Assembly (NCBI GenBank): GCA_951406725.2
Contig: OX597821.1
Location: 72,912,001 to 72,976,000 of the forward strand
Direction of reading: 5' to 3'
DNA: 64,000 nt
Origin: Octopus vulgaris
Lineage: Eukaryota
Both the position numbers and the translations under genes were made by a program. Below the pieces are notes generated by a model. The model was given only the letters and a program-made list of their open reading frames with translations, did no database searches and was not told where the DNA came from. Of the stretch, positions 27,186 to 40,900 are shown in pieces (within the stretch, counting starts at the first letter, position 1; the number at the start of each line of letters is the position of its first letter).

Positions 27186-27638
27186 TTAGAGTGAGAGAGC
27201 AATGCATGTCATCAAAGACACTGGGGTAAAATATACGACGCCCAGTATACCCATCATGACTACCCGTCTGATAAGGGTACACCAGGCACATGCATCACAA
27301 CCGTGTGTGCGTAATATAGTGGTCCCATATCAAGATAAACAGCACATGACCTTGCAGGTGGGGCCCAGTTAGAATTTTCTTCTGGTCGAGTAGCCCATCC
27401 CGCTCAAAGTGTCCCTGAATAAGGGTGGTTTAATGATGTTGAACGAACCATCCATGTTTTCAGAGATGAATTATTCAAACCCCAAAGAATTCCTCTCAAC
27501 CTATGGCTATGATGCTCCCCCACTACTTCTGCTCGTGATCAGAGATTCACATATCGTCAGCCATTAAGGGACATGGTCAACTGGTTAAGGTCAAACAACT
27601 GACAAGCAAATCTGTGATATTGAGCAGAATATTTGCTA
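27186..27638 (-). mobile_element. ~550-bp element, copy 2 (5'-truncated)
   Basis: Lacks about 100 bp of the 5' end present in copies 1 and 3; ends in (TAA)(TGA)n. Confidence 0.85.
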
Positions 27639-27659
27639 AGACATTATTATTATTATTAT

Positions 27660-28212
27660 TGAGTGAGCGAGCAGAGCATGCCATCAAAGTGACACTGGGG
27701 TAAAATATACGAAGCCCAGTATACCCATCATGACTACCCGTCTGATAAGGGTACACTAGGCACATGCATCACAACCATATGTGCGCGACATGGTGATCTC
27801 ATATCAAGATAAACAGCACATGACCTTGCAGGTGGGGCCCAGTTAGAATTTTCTTCAGGTTGAGTAGCCCATCCCGCTCAAACGGTCCCTGAATAAGGGT
27901 TGTTTAAGGATGTTGAAAGAACCACCCATGTTTCCAGAGGTGAACTATTCAAACCCCAAAGAATCCCTCTCAACACATGGCTATGATGCTCCCCCACTAC
28001 TTCTGCTCGTGATCAGAGATGCACATATCGTCAGCCACTAAGGGACATGCTCAACTGGTTAAGGTCAAACAACTGACAAGCAAATCTGTGGTATTGAACA
28101 GAATATTTGCTGTAGCCCATCTTTTATACCAAGACAAAACAATGTACATGATAACACTTCCAATCAGTTAAGATCAGAAGCCATGAGAGCCTCTGCCTGG
28201 TACTGCATCAGA
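27660..28212 (-). mobile_element. ~550-bp element, copy 3 (about full length), tandem to copy 2
   Basis: Separated from copy 2 by a short (ATT)n run; upstream flank is a ~390-bp (ATT)n run. Confidence 0.9.
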
Positions 28213-28218
28213 TTATTG

Positions 28219-28279
<61 letters not shown>

Positions 28280-28283
28280 CATC

Positions 28284-28360
<77 letters not shown>

Positions 28361-28392
28361 CATCATTATCATTATCATTATTATTATTAATA

Positions 28393-28449
<57 letters not shown>

Positions 28450-28453
28450 CATC

Positions 28454-28497
<44 letters not shown>

Positions 28498-28540
28498 CAT
28501 TATTATTATTATTATTATTATTATTAATATTTTATTATTA

Positions 28541-28571
<31 letters not shown>

Positions 28572-28602
28572 TATTAATATTATTATTATTATTATTATTA
28601 TT
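28213..28602. repeat. (ATT)n/(ATC)n microsatellite
   Basis: Direct inspection. Confidence 0.95.
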
Positions 28603-28603
28603 A

Positions 28604-28800
28604 AAGCAGAGACATGACAGAATCGTAAGCACGTTGTGCAAAATGCGCAGCGCAGGATTTCGTTCGTCTACACGTTTTGAGTTCAAATTCCGCAGAGGTT
28701 GACCTTGCCTTTCATCCTTTGGGGATCGATCAAATAAAGTCCCAGTTGAGCACTGGAGTCCATGTAATCTACTTAGCCCCCCCCACTCGAAATGACTGAT
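28604..28800 (+). mobile_element. Nin/Deu-type SINE, degenerate
   Basis: B-box GAGTTCAAATTCC and core GCCTTTCATCCTTTGGGGATCGATC. Confidence 0.75.
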
Positions 28801-29699
28801 GATAGGAAGGAGTATCATAACTGTTGCTGTTTAGCTCTACGTCAGATTGAATTAAGTAAACCTACGAAGAAAGGTGCTGAAGCTGCGCTTATTCCGTCTT
28901 TCATTTAGGCATAATATATCTAGACCTACATCATCTAATGTGTCCTTCCTATTTTAAAGACATTAGTGTGTGAATTGAAAGAGATTTGGATGATGTTATT
29001 TCTAGTATGTAGAGCGACGTTATTTGAAACTATTCATAGTTTGAAATTTAGCGGAAAAAATCTCAAGTGCTGAAGAATATAGGAAAGATCCTTACAACGT
29101 AATGGATGGTTATTTCAGCTACTCCTCTGCCATGGGTTTAACTTTAATTTGAATTCTCTTTTAATCTATGTTACTTGTTTTTTTAACTCCTTTGATTCAG
29201 AAATTTCCTTTCCTTATTGACTAAATTCAATCATTTTTTTTTTCCAGTTTCTCCCTGTTTTTCGTAGAAGGGAATTTGACCCTGCTTTCGTCTTGTATTA
29301 CATCACACGAGAAAACAACATTGGTTATTTCTGTCCGCCCACAAGTCCATGTAGACGGCCCAGTGTACCCATTAGCTGTTTTTTTTTTATTTAAGAGACT
29401 CATAAAAATATTATTTTCATTGTGTGGTTTCAGGTAAAAGGAAGTCAAATCTAAAATCAATAATAATATAAAGGAATATAAACGAATCTATTGACAATGA
29501 GCAATACACAACTGTTCCCAATATTAGGGAAAATATATTAGTAAATATTTGGTTTCTATAGCTCTCTTGGGTGGTGCTCCAGCAAGGCATTAGCCTTTAA
29601 TGGCTAAAAGAAACCAAAGAACTAAAAATTAAAAATATTCTATTGTCCATATTTTAGAGAGGAATGTTAACATTTTTCGAGCATCTATTGTTTTAGAAT

Positions 29700-30240
29700 A
29701 GTTATTCTCTGTAATACTTTCCGACTGCTGTTGTTACCATTTTCTACCATTTAATAACCTATATCATATTCAAACATCCCAGTTTAGAATGTTCTATTAT
29801 CTTTCTTGTCTTCTTTTTCTTTCTGTGACATCAAGCTACATTCACACGTTAGCATAGTTGACAATATCACACACCTTACCACACATCCGCCATTTACAAT
29901 CTTATTGACTTCACTCATTTCTCCTTCTTATGAAGGTTTATTATAATTGCTTCTTCATGTGTAGCAATGATAAGCTTTTACGTTTCCATCTTTAACACTC
30001 CATTAACTATTATGTCTCCTGTGTGTCTGAAAAACTGCCCATACAACTACATCATAATCCTTTTCTTTCTTTCTTTTATTTGATTTCGCGTCCTGTTTTA
30101 TGTGTGTTCACTATTGGTCTTCCATACTGCTAGTATAAGCTTGTCGTCTTCGTTTTTCCCCAGCACAACTTTCTCGTCTTATATACGTCAACTGTAGTCT
30201 GTCTCTGCCTACATCTCTAACCACTTCCTCTACTTAGTAC
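29700..30240 (-). pseudogene. Old R4-type LINE relic (zinc-knuckle region)
   Basis: Minus strand KW(C)RMCGK..CDIV..EC.LMSQK resembles the CCHC knuckle preceding the RLE domain. Confidence 0.35.
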
Positions 30241-30478
30241 AAATTACCAGTTCACAAATGAGCTCCGATTAATCTACCTCTTCCCCTCCAAAACATGTCT
30301 TGTACATATAATAAAAATTTGGCAGAAAAGTTCCAACGTCACATAGAATGCCTTTCGGTATTTGATTGCATCTCTTCAGTCTCTGAGTTCAAATCCTGCC
30401 TTTCATCCCTCCTTACCTTTCATATACTAAAGCACTTATCAAATGCCGCAGTTTTTGTGTCTGTGTAAATCAGAAACA

Positions 30479-30547
<69 letters not shown>

Positions 30548-30635
30548 GTTATTATTATTATTATTATTATCATTATTATTATTATCATTATTATTATTAT
30601 TATTGTTGTTGTTGCTGTTGTTGTTGTTGTTGTTT

Positions 30636-31125
30636 ATTGTCTTTGCAAAGCTTCTAACGCCGGTGATGTATTACGGTGTCAGCTGTTCACTACCAGTAAC
30701 ACCCCTTATTTTTCGAGCACCTTCCGGAGTATTCGAGTGGTTCCAAGCAGTGCTGTTTTCTGTAAATGCTCCACCCTTATTGCAGCCCCTATTTGTTCCA
30801 TGTACTTCTCAAGATTTTTACTCACTGTTCCCAGGGCTCCGACAATTATTGGTACTACTACCACCTTTTTCATCGATCACAACCGCTTAACCTCCCAAGC
30901 TAACCATTCAGATCTGTCGACTTTTCTTTCTTCCTTATCGCATAACTTGTCAGCTGGGGATGCTATGTCTATGATCCAGCATCGTTTGCTTTCTTTTTCA
31001 ATTAAGACTATGTCTGGCTTCTTATTCTCTATCTCATGGTCGCACTGAATCATAAAATCCCACAGGATCGTTGCATTATCATTTTCGATGATAACTTCGG
31101 GTTTATGTTTGTACTACTTTTTAGA
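30636..31125 (-). mobile_element. R4/Dong-clade LINE 3' end inserted in trinucleotide microsatellite
   Basis: KILWDF.IQCDHEIENKKPDIVLIEKESKRCWIIDIASPAD..VVPIIVGALG..LQKTALLGTTRILRKVL*. Flanked by (AAC/AAT)n and (TAG)n. Confidence 0.9.
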
Positions 31126-31127
31126 TT

Positions 31128-31179
<52 letters not shown>

Positions 31180-31204
31180 GTCGCCGCCGCTGCTGCTGCT
31201 GCTG

Positions 31205-31238
<34 letters not shown>

Positions 31239-31346
31239 AACTGCTACTACTACTACTACTACAACTACTACTACTACTGCTACTGCTGCTGCTGCTGCTG
31301 CTGCTACTACTACTACTACTATTATTATTATTGTTGTTATAATAAT

Positions 31347-31379
<33 letters not shown>

Positions 31380-31392
31380 TATTATTATTATT

Positions 31393-32995
31393 TTCACTTT
31401 TAATCTACATGTTACAGTCATTTTCCGAGACATACCCAGTGTCCTAGGGCGAGTGAAGGATAAGAGATGTTACAGTATGACTGAAAGCTTGGGGAGGGGT
31501 AGTAGTGAAATATCTTCATATAATACAACACATACATTTAAATGGATAAGGTTTTTCTAAGGATGTGGACAGTATTTGGCAGTACTATCTTTTGGATTTC
31601 TCTGAGACATTGTTCTCTTGGGATCTTATCTAGATATTTCTGACATCATTTTTTTTATCGTACCTAGAGCACACAATACCAGGAACAATTCACGTTTCAA
31701 GATGCCACATCTTTTGTATTTCAATTTCCAGGTCCTTATATTTGCTGTCAAATTCCTTGACAGATATATTTTTATCAATGGGAACACTTTCATAAATTAG
31801 TTGACAAGTATTTTCTTCCCCGTCTTTAATAATTATGTCTGGTCGATTAGCCTGGATCATTCTGTCAGTGTTGACTGAAAAATCTCAGAGGATAGTAACA
31901 TTTTTACCTTCAACGATTGGCTCAGGAAGATGCTCATACCAGTAAGCAGGAGTGCTGATCTTGTAGTATTTGCATATTTTCAGTGCAAATACTGTCTTAC
32001 CCTATCGTGGCGATTTTTGTATTCTTTTGGTGTCAGCACAGGACATCCCGAGACGTGATGGTCTATTGTTTCATTAAATGTATCACAGAATCTGCATTTA
32101 GGGTCAGAACCATTCTGAAGAACGTTAGCCCGGTGGTTTTTGTGAGCAAGCTTGATCTTGTGCCGCCAATATGAAACCTTTAGTCTCTGCTCTCAGTCCT
32201 CAATTTCTCAACCACTGATGGGTTGTTGCATGATCTACATCAGCATTTCGACTTCGAATATATCCTGTCCATGTTTCTGGCTTCATCACTCCTCAGTTTG
32301 TTTCTGTCCGTTCTTTTTGAAGTCTTCTTGATCCATTTTGCTTGTTTTGTGGAAGCGATTTCATGTTCTTCAACTATTTTAGGATTAATGCCAAGTTCCC
32401 TTACGAATTTTCAAGCTTCCTTGACAATAGAATGTGATATTTTCTGCTTTCGTGTTTGCACACAAGTCGCGGCGTCCAGTCTTTTGTACTGGATAAGTAA
32501 CTGTTCATTGCTATTGTGGAGGCCTTATAGCATAGTTTTACCTGCATCATTCTTCCCCCCCCCATTACTTCTAGGTAGGTACAGACGGACATCTGTTTTT
32601 GGGTGGTGCATATTCTTAGAAGTTGGAGCTCTGTAAGATTCCATTTAATGATGTTAAAACTATATTGGACTAATGGAAGTGCCAAGGTGTTAATGGTATC
32701 GATGCGATTTTTGGAGTTCAGTTCAGTTTTTAGTATGAATCTTATTCTCCTGTAATATTCCTTTCTTATTTTTCCTTCATGGTAGGATGTTGTATACCAT
32801 CTCCTTTGTTTATCCCAGTGGATAGTGACATTTTTACCTTCAACGACTGGCTCAGGAGTGCTGATTTTGTAGTGTTTGCATATTTTCAGTGTAAATAATG
32901 TCCTACCCTATTGTGGCGATTTTTGCATTCATTTGGTGTCAGCACAGGACATCCCAAGACGAGATGATGATTGTTTCGTCAAATGTGTCACAGCA
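31393..32995 (-). mobile_element. R4/Dong-clade LINE 3' ~1.6 kb (RT thumb, CCHC knuckle, RLE, 3'UTR), degenerate
   Basis: ALPLVQYSFNIIKW, ETIDH..GCPVLTPKEYKNRHDRV, NRPDIIIKD motifs; ends in (AAT)n. Same family as 26475-26960. Confidence 0.85.
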
Positions 32996-33393
32996 TTTAA
33001 CTACGAACATAAAAACACTGCTGAATGTAAAGCTTTACCAGAATTATCTAAAAATTAATGACAAACATCCAAATCTAAGCTCACACACACACACACACAC
33101 GAAGCAATGAAGGAACGTCCACATGCTCCTTCAACATGCAAAAATAATAGTTGAAATACCCTCATATAACGTTAGTATCACAATTATTAAGGAAATGAAA
33201 CGTGATATAATGTAGTCGCACTTAATTCTAAAAAGACGGAACGGTCACGGCTGGAGTGTCTTTGATGATAGATTTGCAGGATGAAAGTTAGCTGAGGGAT
33301 GAACCATGACGCCAAAACTTTGCATTTGCATGGGTCGTAAATGCATGCATATATAGCCACACACATGCACGTATACACACCCACATACATATA

Positions 33394-33620
33394 TATTTCT
33401 TTACTGCCCACAAGGGGCTAAAAATAGAGGGGACAAACAAAGACAGACAAAGGGATTAAGTCTATTACATCGCCCTCAGTGCGTAACTGGTACTTATTTA
33501 TCGCCCCCGAAAGGATGAAAGGCAAAGTCGACCTCGGCAGAGTTTGAACTCAGAACGTAGTGGCAGACGAAATACCGGTAAGCATTTCGCCCGGCGTGCT
33601 AACGATTCTGCCAGCTTGCC
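33394..33620 (-). mobile_element. Full-length Nin/Deu-type SINE with TSD
   Basis: Matches the 7196 monomer; CACATACATATA flanks both sides. Confidence 0.9.
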
Positions 33621-33928
33621 ACATACATATAATAGACACACACGTTAGAGGCCAACATAGAGATAGCAATGCAGTCATTCACTGCCAGTCATTAAATGAA
33701 GTGAAGTGTTTTGTACAGATGAAGTCAGATCAATTCTGTTGATCTTTTCTTTTGTGACTTTAAGGAGAAATCAATAGGAGGATCAATACTTCTTGATATC
33801 TTCTATTTTTCTATTTATATAAAGAATAATAAAACGTTAAATACAAACATAAGGATGTTTGTATGTTCTATGCAAATACAAATATATACACACATGCGCA
33901 CACATACACACACACACATATAAATATA

Positions 33929-33966
<38 letters not shown>

Positions 33967-34051
33967 CGTTTATGTATATTTACATCTATATATATATATA
34001 TATATATATATGCATATTTACATACGTTTATGTACATATTTACATCTATAC

Positions 34052-34102
<51 letters not shown>

Positions 34103-34107
34103 TATGT

Positions 34108-34288
34108 GGGTACAGGACGTCATGAAACGTGTACAACAAAACAACAAAAAATACCAACTAGGAGTACATGGAACATGAACTATTTTTTCGAACAACGAAA
34201 GACACAAATGGGAAACAAAAGAAACAAGATAAACAACGACCCTTCATCAGTTGTTGGCTGTTTTTTCTACTCTCGTATTTCGATCATT

Positions 34289-34290
<2 letters not shown>
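34108..34290 (-). mobile_element. Probable Penelope pLTR remnant between (TA)n runs
   Basis: Minus strand has GAAAT.. followed by CTGATGA (ribozyme-core fragments) and a T-rich tail. Confidence 0.35.
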
Positions 34291-34329
<39 letters not shown>

Positions 34330-34339
34330 AGATATACAG

Positions 34340-34533
34340 ATATCCCTTCTACTACAGGCGCAAAGCCTGAAATTACATCGACGCCATTGCTCAATGGGTT
34401 CTTATTTCATCGACCCCGAAAGAATGAAAGACAAAGTCGACCTCGACAGAATTTGAACTCAGAACGTAAAGACGGATGAAATGCTGCCAAGTATTTTATC
34501 CGGCATGCTAACGATTCTGCCAGATTACCGCCT
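34340..34533 (-). mobile_element. Nin/Deu-type SINE
   Basis: Head GGCGGTAATCTGGCAGAATCGTTAG; core GTCTTTCATTCTTTCGGGGTCGATG. Confidence 0.8.
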
Positions 34534-34534
34534 T

Positions 34535-34950
34535 GTGTTCAAAAAGTGTCCGATTTCATTTTTTCTAGTAAAAACTAATGCTGCGTGGACAAAATTCTTC
34601 GGGTGGGAGGGGACACCATCCTTTCTGAGCATGCATGAAAATTTCAGCGCCGGTTGACTGCGTCAGCATCCGGGTGTTACGCCTAGAGTACAGACGTATA
34701 GTGCGCGCTCGTCGGATTATCGGGTTCGCACAAGATGACAGAACGCATTGAGCAGAGACCATAAACTCATGTTTCATCACCAGTGATGAAGGTCTTCATG
34801 AAACTTGGATCGTGGTTTGCACAGTCCAGCATGTCCTGAGCGGTTTCCATGCAGAGTTGCGCCCCTGTTGCACCGTCAGCACCTCGGGGCCGAATTTCGT
34901 TGACGCTCTCCGCATGCACAAATCTATCATTAAAATGGAATGCACTGGCC
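34535..34950. mobile_element. Rearranged mariner remnant
   Basis: TIR-like GTGTTCAAAAAGTGTCCGA at 34535 (+); catalytic fragment DPSFMKTFITGDET on the minus strand at about 34765-34860. Confidence 0.6.
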
Positions 34951-34979
34951 CATACATACATAGTTACATGCATAGATCC

Positions 34980-35050
<71 letters not shown>

Positions 35051-35076
35051 CATACATACATACATACATACATACA

Positions 35077-35109
<33 letters not shown>

Positions 35110-35134
35110 GCATACATAAACACATACATGTCAC

Positions 35135-35726
35135 TAAAGGATATTACAGCCGGATAAGGAAAATTTAGTTCTCAGAACTCTCTGTATTCAATAAAACAAT
35201 GGTCCACAATGTGTTTACAGTGCCAGTACTCATACCAACATTTAGATTCTTTGATTGGATGGAATCCGATCCATTGATGTGAAAACCCGAAAATTACTAA
35301 CAAGCACACATAATTTCCACATAAACAGTGACGTAGACCGCCTCTACCTAAAACGAAAACAAGGCGACAGAGACTTAACATCGATCCAAAATTCCTTTGA
35401 ATGTCGCATCATATCCCTTCGGCAACATCTTCAAACCACGAAGTATCGAAGTGCATCCCTGATAACATCATAAGACTTGGAAGGCAGCTCCTTGAGCAAC
35501 ACTCTTTGTCTGATAACCTAGAATACATGCCCAAAGAAGTCGCACGACTCTACCGCAACATATCATCAGATGAAAGGATGAGCCTATATGAGCAGAAGAC
35601 TATGCATGGATATGTAAGTAGAAAGCTCCGTGATGATAGTAACATCGATCGCCAAAGCAGTTTATCATGGACGAATAGCTTATCCTTTAAATATATATGA
35701 ACATGTCTAGATATGCAAGTATATGC
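35135..35726 (+). mobile_element. R4/Dong-clade LINE fragment joined by internal deletion to its 3'UTR
   Basis: IRSIDVKTRKLLT..FHINSDVDRLYLKRKQG..; 35686-35726 matches the 3'UTR start at 14679-14720; follows (TACA)n. Confidence 0.8.
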
Positions 35727-35727
35727 G

Positions 35728-36120
35728 GGTAAGTAGCTTGCTTACCAACCACATGGTTCCGAGTTCAGTCCCACTGCGTGGCATCTTGGGCAAGTGTCTT
35801 CTACTATAGCCTCGGGTCAACCAAAGCCTTGTGAGTGGATTTGGTAGACGGAAACTGAAAGAAGTCCGTCGTATATATGTATGTATATATATATATGTGT
35901 GTGTGTATGTTTGTGTGTCTGTGTTTGTCCCCCTAGCATTGCTTGACAACCGATGCTGGTGTGTTTAGGTCCCCGTCACTTAGCGGTTCGGCAAAAGAGA
36001 CCGATAGAATAAGTACTGGGCTTACAAAGAATAAGTCCTGGGGTCGATTTGCTCGACTAAAGGCGGTGCTCCAGCATGGCCGCAGTCAAATGACTGAAAC
36101 AAATAAAAGAGTAAAAGAGT
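35728..36120 (+). mobile_element. tRNA-derived SINE with CORE-like box and internal (TA)(TG) repeat
   Basis: B-box GAGTTCAGTCCC, GCATCTTGGGCAAGTGTCTT, tail (AAAAGAGT)n. Confidence 0.9.
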
Positions 36121-36154
36121 ATACATACATACATACATACATACATACATACAA

Positions 36155-39100
36155 TTTTTGAAAATCAGTGTAAACTGTGAAACCGGTTAAAGCTTGAAAT
36201 ATATTACTAACAAATATTTAAACTATTCTCAGTGCATTCTCAATTCCTATTTTCCCGATATTTCTACCCGTGTGGAATAAAATAACTTTGTTTTCTATGT
36301 ATACTCACCACACGAGGAACGAAAATGCCACAAAATTCCGACCAAAGCGAAAACACGTTGAACTTAGAGATACTAAAAGAACTGAAAGAGATCTCCAAGC
36401 CCACAGCCTTATCCGACAAAATCGGCGAGATACAGGCCTACACTAAGGAAACACTAGAATAAAGAAGAAAAACGGAAGAAACAGCAGTTTTCCAAACTCT
36501 CAACCAGTTACGTAAAACTACAGAAACAATGATGCTCCAGAAGCTGGAACAAAATCCGAAAACTGAACGAAAAGATAACATCAACCGGCAACGAGAAAGC
36601 TCTGCAATTGAAAACACTGTTAAGCATATATGGAATCAAAACCTCACAGCTCGTAAATTTGCCTTTTGGAGCTTAATTAAAAATAATGGCAAAGCGGAAA
36701 TATGTGAAAAATGGCTCAATTCAACATCGATCATCCTCCCAATGAAACCACAAACGAAATCTATCGCTAATGAATCTGAACAACAACAAAAACTTAGTGA
36801 AAAGAGGGTTCTCAACAAATTCTGAATGGAAACCCAGCTATTACGGCTAAGAGCAAATTGCAATGAAGACAAATTTAAAACGATTGATGCACAAATGCAA
36901 ACAAAAGTTTCAAAAACAACCGAAGGCCTAGAAAGCAATATTAAATTTTGGAGAAAAAATGTGAACATGAAGAATTAACATCTCTTCAACGGTGAGAAAA
37001 AAGTTCTCTTTGGTTCTCCAATTATGAAGCTCATTTCAAGAACAAGTACTCTATCGCGTACTAATTCCTGCAAAATCGATACAAAATCGATACAAGTTAA
37101 CACAGAAAATGTTCTCGGATATATAAATAATAATGAAAGGAAAACCTTGAAAAATCATGTTTTAGATCCAACCGACAGAGTTCTCGAAACAAGATGACAC
37201 AAACCGAAGATGAGAAACCGAAGAAAATTAACCTATCGAAAAAAAACTTTGTCAGCAGAAGAAATTAATATCTTGTCAAAAGGCCTAAAATTTACTCCAA
37301 CACCGCAGTGCCCTAACTCCAGTGAAATACAGAACGCCTAACAGATGCATTCTACAATAAAGAGATCAAGGACGATTCATTTGTAAGAAACAAGAGCAAT
37401 TACGAAAGGTAAGAATAAAGCTTCAGATAAATTTTGTGATTTTATTTCTACCTTACCTTATATAGAACTTCCTCACCCTAAGATCAAGCCAAATACAAGT
37501 TGAAACGAATGGGATATTATACATGAACTGAAAAACAATAACGACATTATAATTAAGGAAGCAGATAATGGAAGTGCAATAGTTATATGGATAGTTTACA
37601 CTACGAAAGAGATATACCATCTATATTACAAGATATGACCCACAACTGAAAAGGTAAATGATTACCAAAAATCAAAGACAATGACCAAACTGAACACATA
37701 CTCATTGACAGACATCAAAAAGGTTTAACAAACAATGAATGTGACTACTTAACCCATTTTGATTGCAAGACGAGCTACTTCCACGGTCTCCCCCCAAATC
37801 CATGAGAATCAAACTATTAAGACTGTATGTAAAGAACCAACTTCAAGTTGCATAAACATACAATATCCCTCCGACCTTAAATTTAGACCAGTCGTAGCAG
37901 GCCCGAACTGTGAAACACACAGGCTGAGCAACTTTTTAGATAAATTACTGAAACCTATTTTAAAATACATACCAAGTCTTGTGAAGGATGACCTAGACCT
38001 CCCCAAATCCATAAACAATGATACCACTATTGTATCTTTTCATGTGGTAAACCTATATACCACAATCCCACACCAATATGGACTAGAGGCAATAAATTTC
38101 TGGTTTGAAAAATTCCCTCATGAAATTCTGGACATAATTGAAAAGAGTTTCATCACTGAAAGATTAAAGTTTATCACGGAAAACAACTTTTTTGACTTCA
38201 ATGGCAGTATTTACAAACAAATATCTGCGACTGCGATGGTGACAAAAGTTGCTCTGACTTTCGCCAATCTAGTAATGGCTTACATGGAGGTCCAGATATA
38301 TGAAAAATTTAATTAATATATGACTTGAACTTCCACAAATATCTACTAGAAAACTGGAAACGTTACTAAGACGACTGCCTGATCCTATGGACGAACACAT
38401 TTGAACAACTTATAGATTTCAGAAATGTAATCAACTGCATAAACAATAATATTAACTTTACCATAGTATACAGTAAAACTCAACTACTATTCCTGGATAT
38501 ACTAATAATCAAAAGAGGTAAAATCATTGAAACAGATATTCACTACAAACAAACAGATACTAAACAATACTTATTATTCTCCTCATGCCATCCCAAACAC
38601 ACGAAGAATAATATCCCCTTTTTAACCTAGCAAGAAGAAGCTGCACAATTGTCTCAAACCCTGAAACACGCAATAAAAAACTCCAAGAACTAAAACAAGT
38701 ACTACTTAAAAGAAAATATCCATTAATGCTAATAGACAATGGAATAGAAAGTGCCAAAGCAATAAATATCGAAGAACTACGAAAAGCGATAATCTAGCCT
38801 ATATTATAACACACAACTCAGGAAATACAGAGGTTTACAATATTATCCACCAGAATATCCCACTACTAAAACAAGACCCCAAAATGAAACAGGCATTTGA
38901 AATATACAAAATCATCAAAAGTAAAAGACAATCAAAGTCCCTCAAAAAATTCCTCACAAGTGCAAAATTACCTTCCACGATTCCTATACCAACAATAAAA
39001 AAATGTGACTGCCCCAATTGCGGGACCTGCATCAACCTTATTGAAGACACAACATACAAATTCAAATCAGGACAGAATTTTACCGTAAAAATCACTTTAC

Positions 39101-40078
39101 ATATTCTTCAAGGAATTTAATTTATGCTATCAAATGTCAAGGATGTAATGAAGATTACATAGGACAAACAAAGCTTACTCTAAGAAATAGATTTACCAAT
39201 CACTGACAACAGATACGAGAACCCAATACTAGACAGATTCCACTGAATGGTCACAGACATATATAAGTAAATAATAAGTCTCCCAAATTCCAGATCTTCC
39301 CACTCTACCTATGTTCAGCGAATACCATAGATGAAGCATGGATAAACACAGAAAATACTTTCATACAAAAATACAAACTAAGGCGTAACAAACTTTAATA
39401 GAGTACACACATAAATACTTATTCACACACAAAAGTCATTCTGCCACTAATCATGAGGAAGATACACAGCTAACAACCTAGCCACTGGACTACATACAAA
39501 CAACTCCTGTCCACTCTCCCACCAGACAGATTAAATTTGGAGTGCCTTGATTATAACTAGACACGTTTACTTAACCGTGTCGACCTTCTTTTTAGTCGCA
39601 AAATATATTGTCATGTGACACTAATGCACGGACGTAGCGGCAAGTATACTAAAGGTTATACACTTAATTATCTGTTCATTCTCTCGAAACACTTGACAGA
39701 AAACATTCAGAGAATTGATTGTTTGGACTTCTTCAGTCAACCGTGTCAGCCTTAACTTACGACGCCAAACATTGTCATTTGAGACTAACACACGGGCGTA
39801 GCGGGGAACCTACAAAAAATTCTAAGGCCAGCCATGTGACTATCCTCTACCAATCAAATCCTATTCAAAAGATATATTAATTTGAGCCATGAACTCCATA
39901 TAAAAACAGGGCAAACTTCAAAAACTTGTCAAAAGCAAGACAGCTGAGACATAAGTCACGTCTTTCTATTTGAACTTTTTGAAAATCAGTGAAAACTGTG
40001 AAGCCGGTTAAAGCTTTAAAGTATAATAATAAATATTTTAACTATTCTCAGTACATTTTCAACTTCTAATTTTCCTAT
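36155..40078 (+). mobile_element. Near full-length Penelope-like retroelement (Neptune-type architecture), pseudogenised
   Basis: ~105-bp direct repeats at 36155-36260 and 39976-40078. LSKGLKFTPTP; IIIKEADNG; FRPVVAGPNCETHRLSNFLD; VVNLYTTIPH; YKQI..TAM..FANLVM; FLDI; CxxCxxC knuckle then NLIYAIKCQGCNEDYIGQT (GIY-YIG). Many frameshifts. Confidence 0.92.
37759..38316 (+). pseudogene. Penelope-like reverse transcriptase core fragment
   Basis: RT motifs in the 185-aa ORF-track entry; catalytic YxDD region downstream is disrupted. Confidence 0.9.
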
Positions 40079-40144
40079 ATGCATATATATATATATATGT
40101 ACACACACATACACACACACACACACACACAAACGCACACACAC

Positions 40145-40900
40145 ATATGGTTTCATCATTTTATGTATGGCTATTATTTTCATAAGCCGGTTTCTAACGT
40201 GTTGTTTATGATAGTAGGCGTTTCATTTGCCAATTCATTGATTATTCCACCTCTCCGGATTGTAATTGTCTTTGTATTTATGTTCTGATGCATCTATGTT
40301 TTTTTCTATCACTGTCGTGTTGTCACTTTCCATTTAATAGTTTGATAGTTTCTCTCGTTCAACTCGTCGATCAGGTAGCTATATCCTGTTTTCGAAACAT
40401 GGTTTATCTGTCTGTACCATTTTTTAAGGGTTAAATTACAAGGTCTCCTGCCCCCGCATAACTGTATCCTGTTTTGTTCGAGTTATCTATTTGTTTAGCT
40501 ACTTCCATTGTCCTCTACCTGTCAGTTACGTCTTCATATTGTTATCATTCTTTCTCATTTGTAAGTTATTTTTAGCAATACGTCTCATAAACTCTGTGTG
40601 GGATTAGATTTTATACAGAATCTTTCTAAATTGTTATTCTTCTCCGGTGGATAATTTGTTCGTTACTTCGTTTTGGTGTCCTGCTGCTTTTGGCTTTCTT
40701 GTGTTTCCTCTGCTATTTCTGCCATTGTCATGTCATTTGATATCTATCTTGTTTATTACTTGGACAAAATTTTAAAATTGATATTCTGGTCTCTGTCACA
40801 TAGTTCCACACAATTTCTTCTGTTTGGCTAGCATATTTATTTAATTTATTAGATATGTTGAATTTTCTGCGGTGCACAAGTAGCATGTCTGGCCAGTCCC
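40145..40900 (-). pseudogene. Probable N-terminal region of an R4/Dong-type LINE
   Basis: A-rich coding-like minus strand with C.KSNP..FMRR, similar to Dong N-terminal regions; many stops. Confidence 0.35.

Noticed and set aside
27660-28212. CTGACGA and CTGAAGA hammerhead-like words and a possible HDV P1 pairing in the 550-bp element
   Set aside because: No adjacent stem II/GAAA or P3-L3 geometry could be built by eye.
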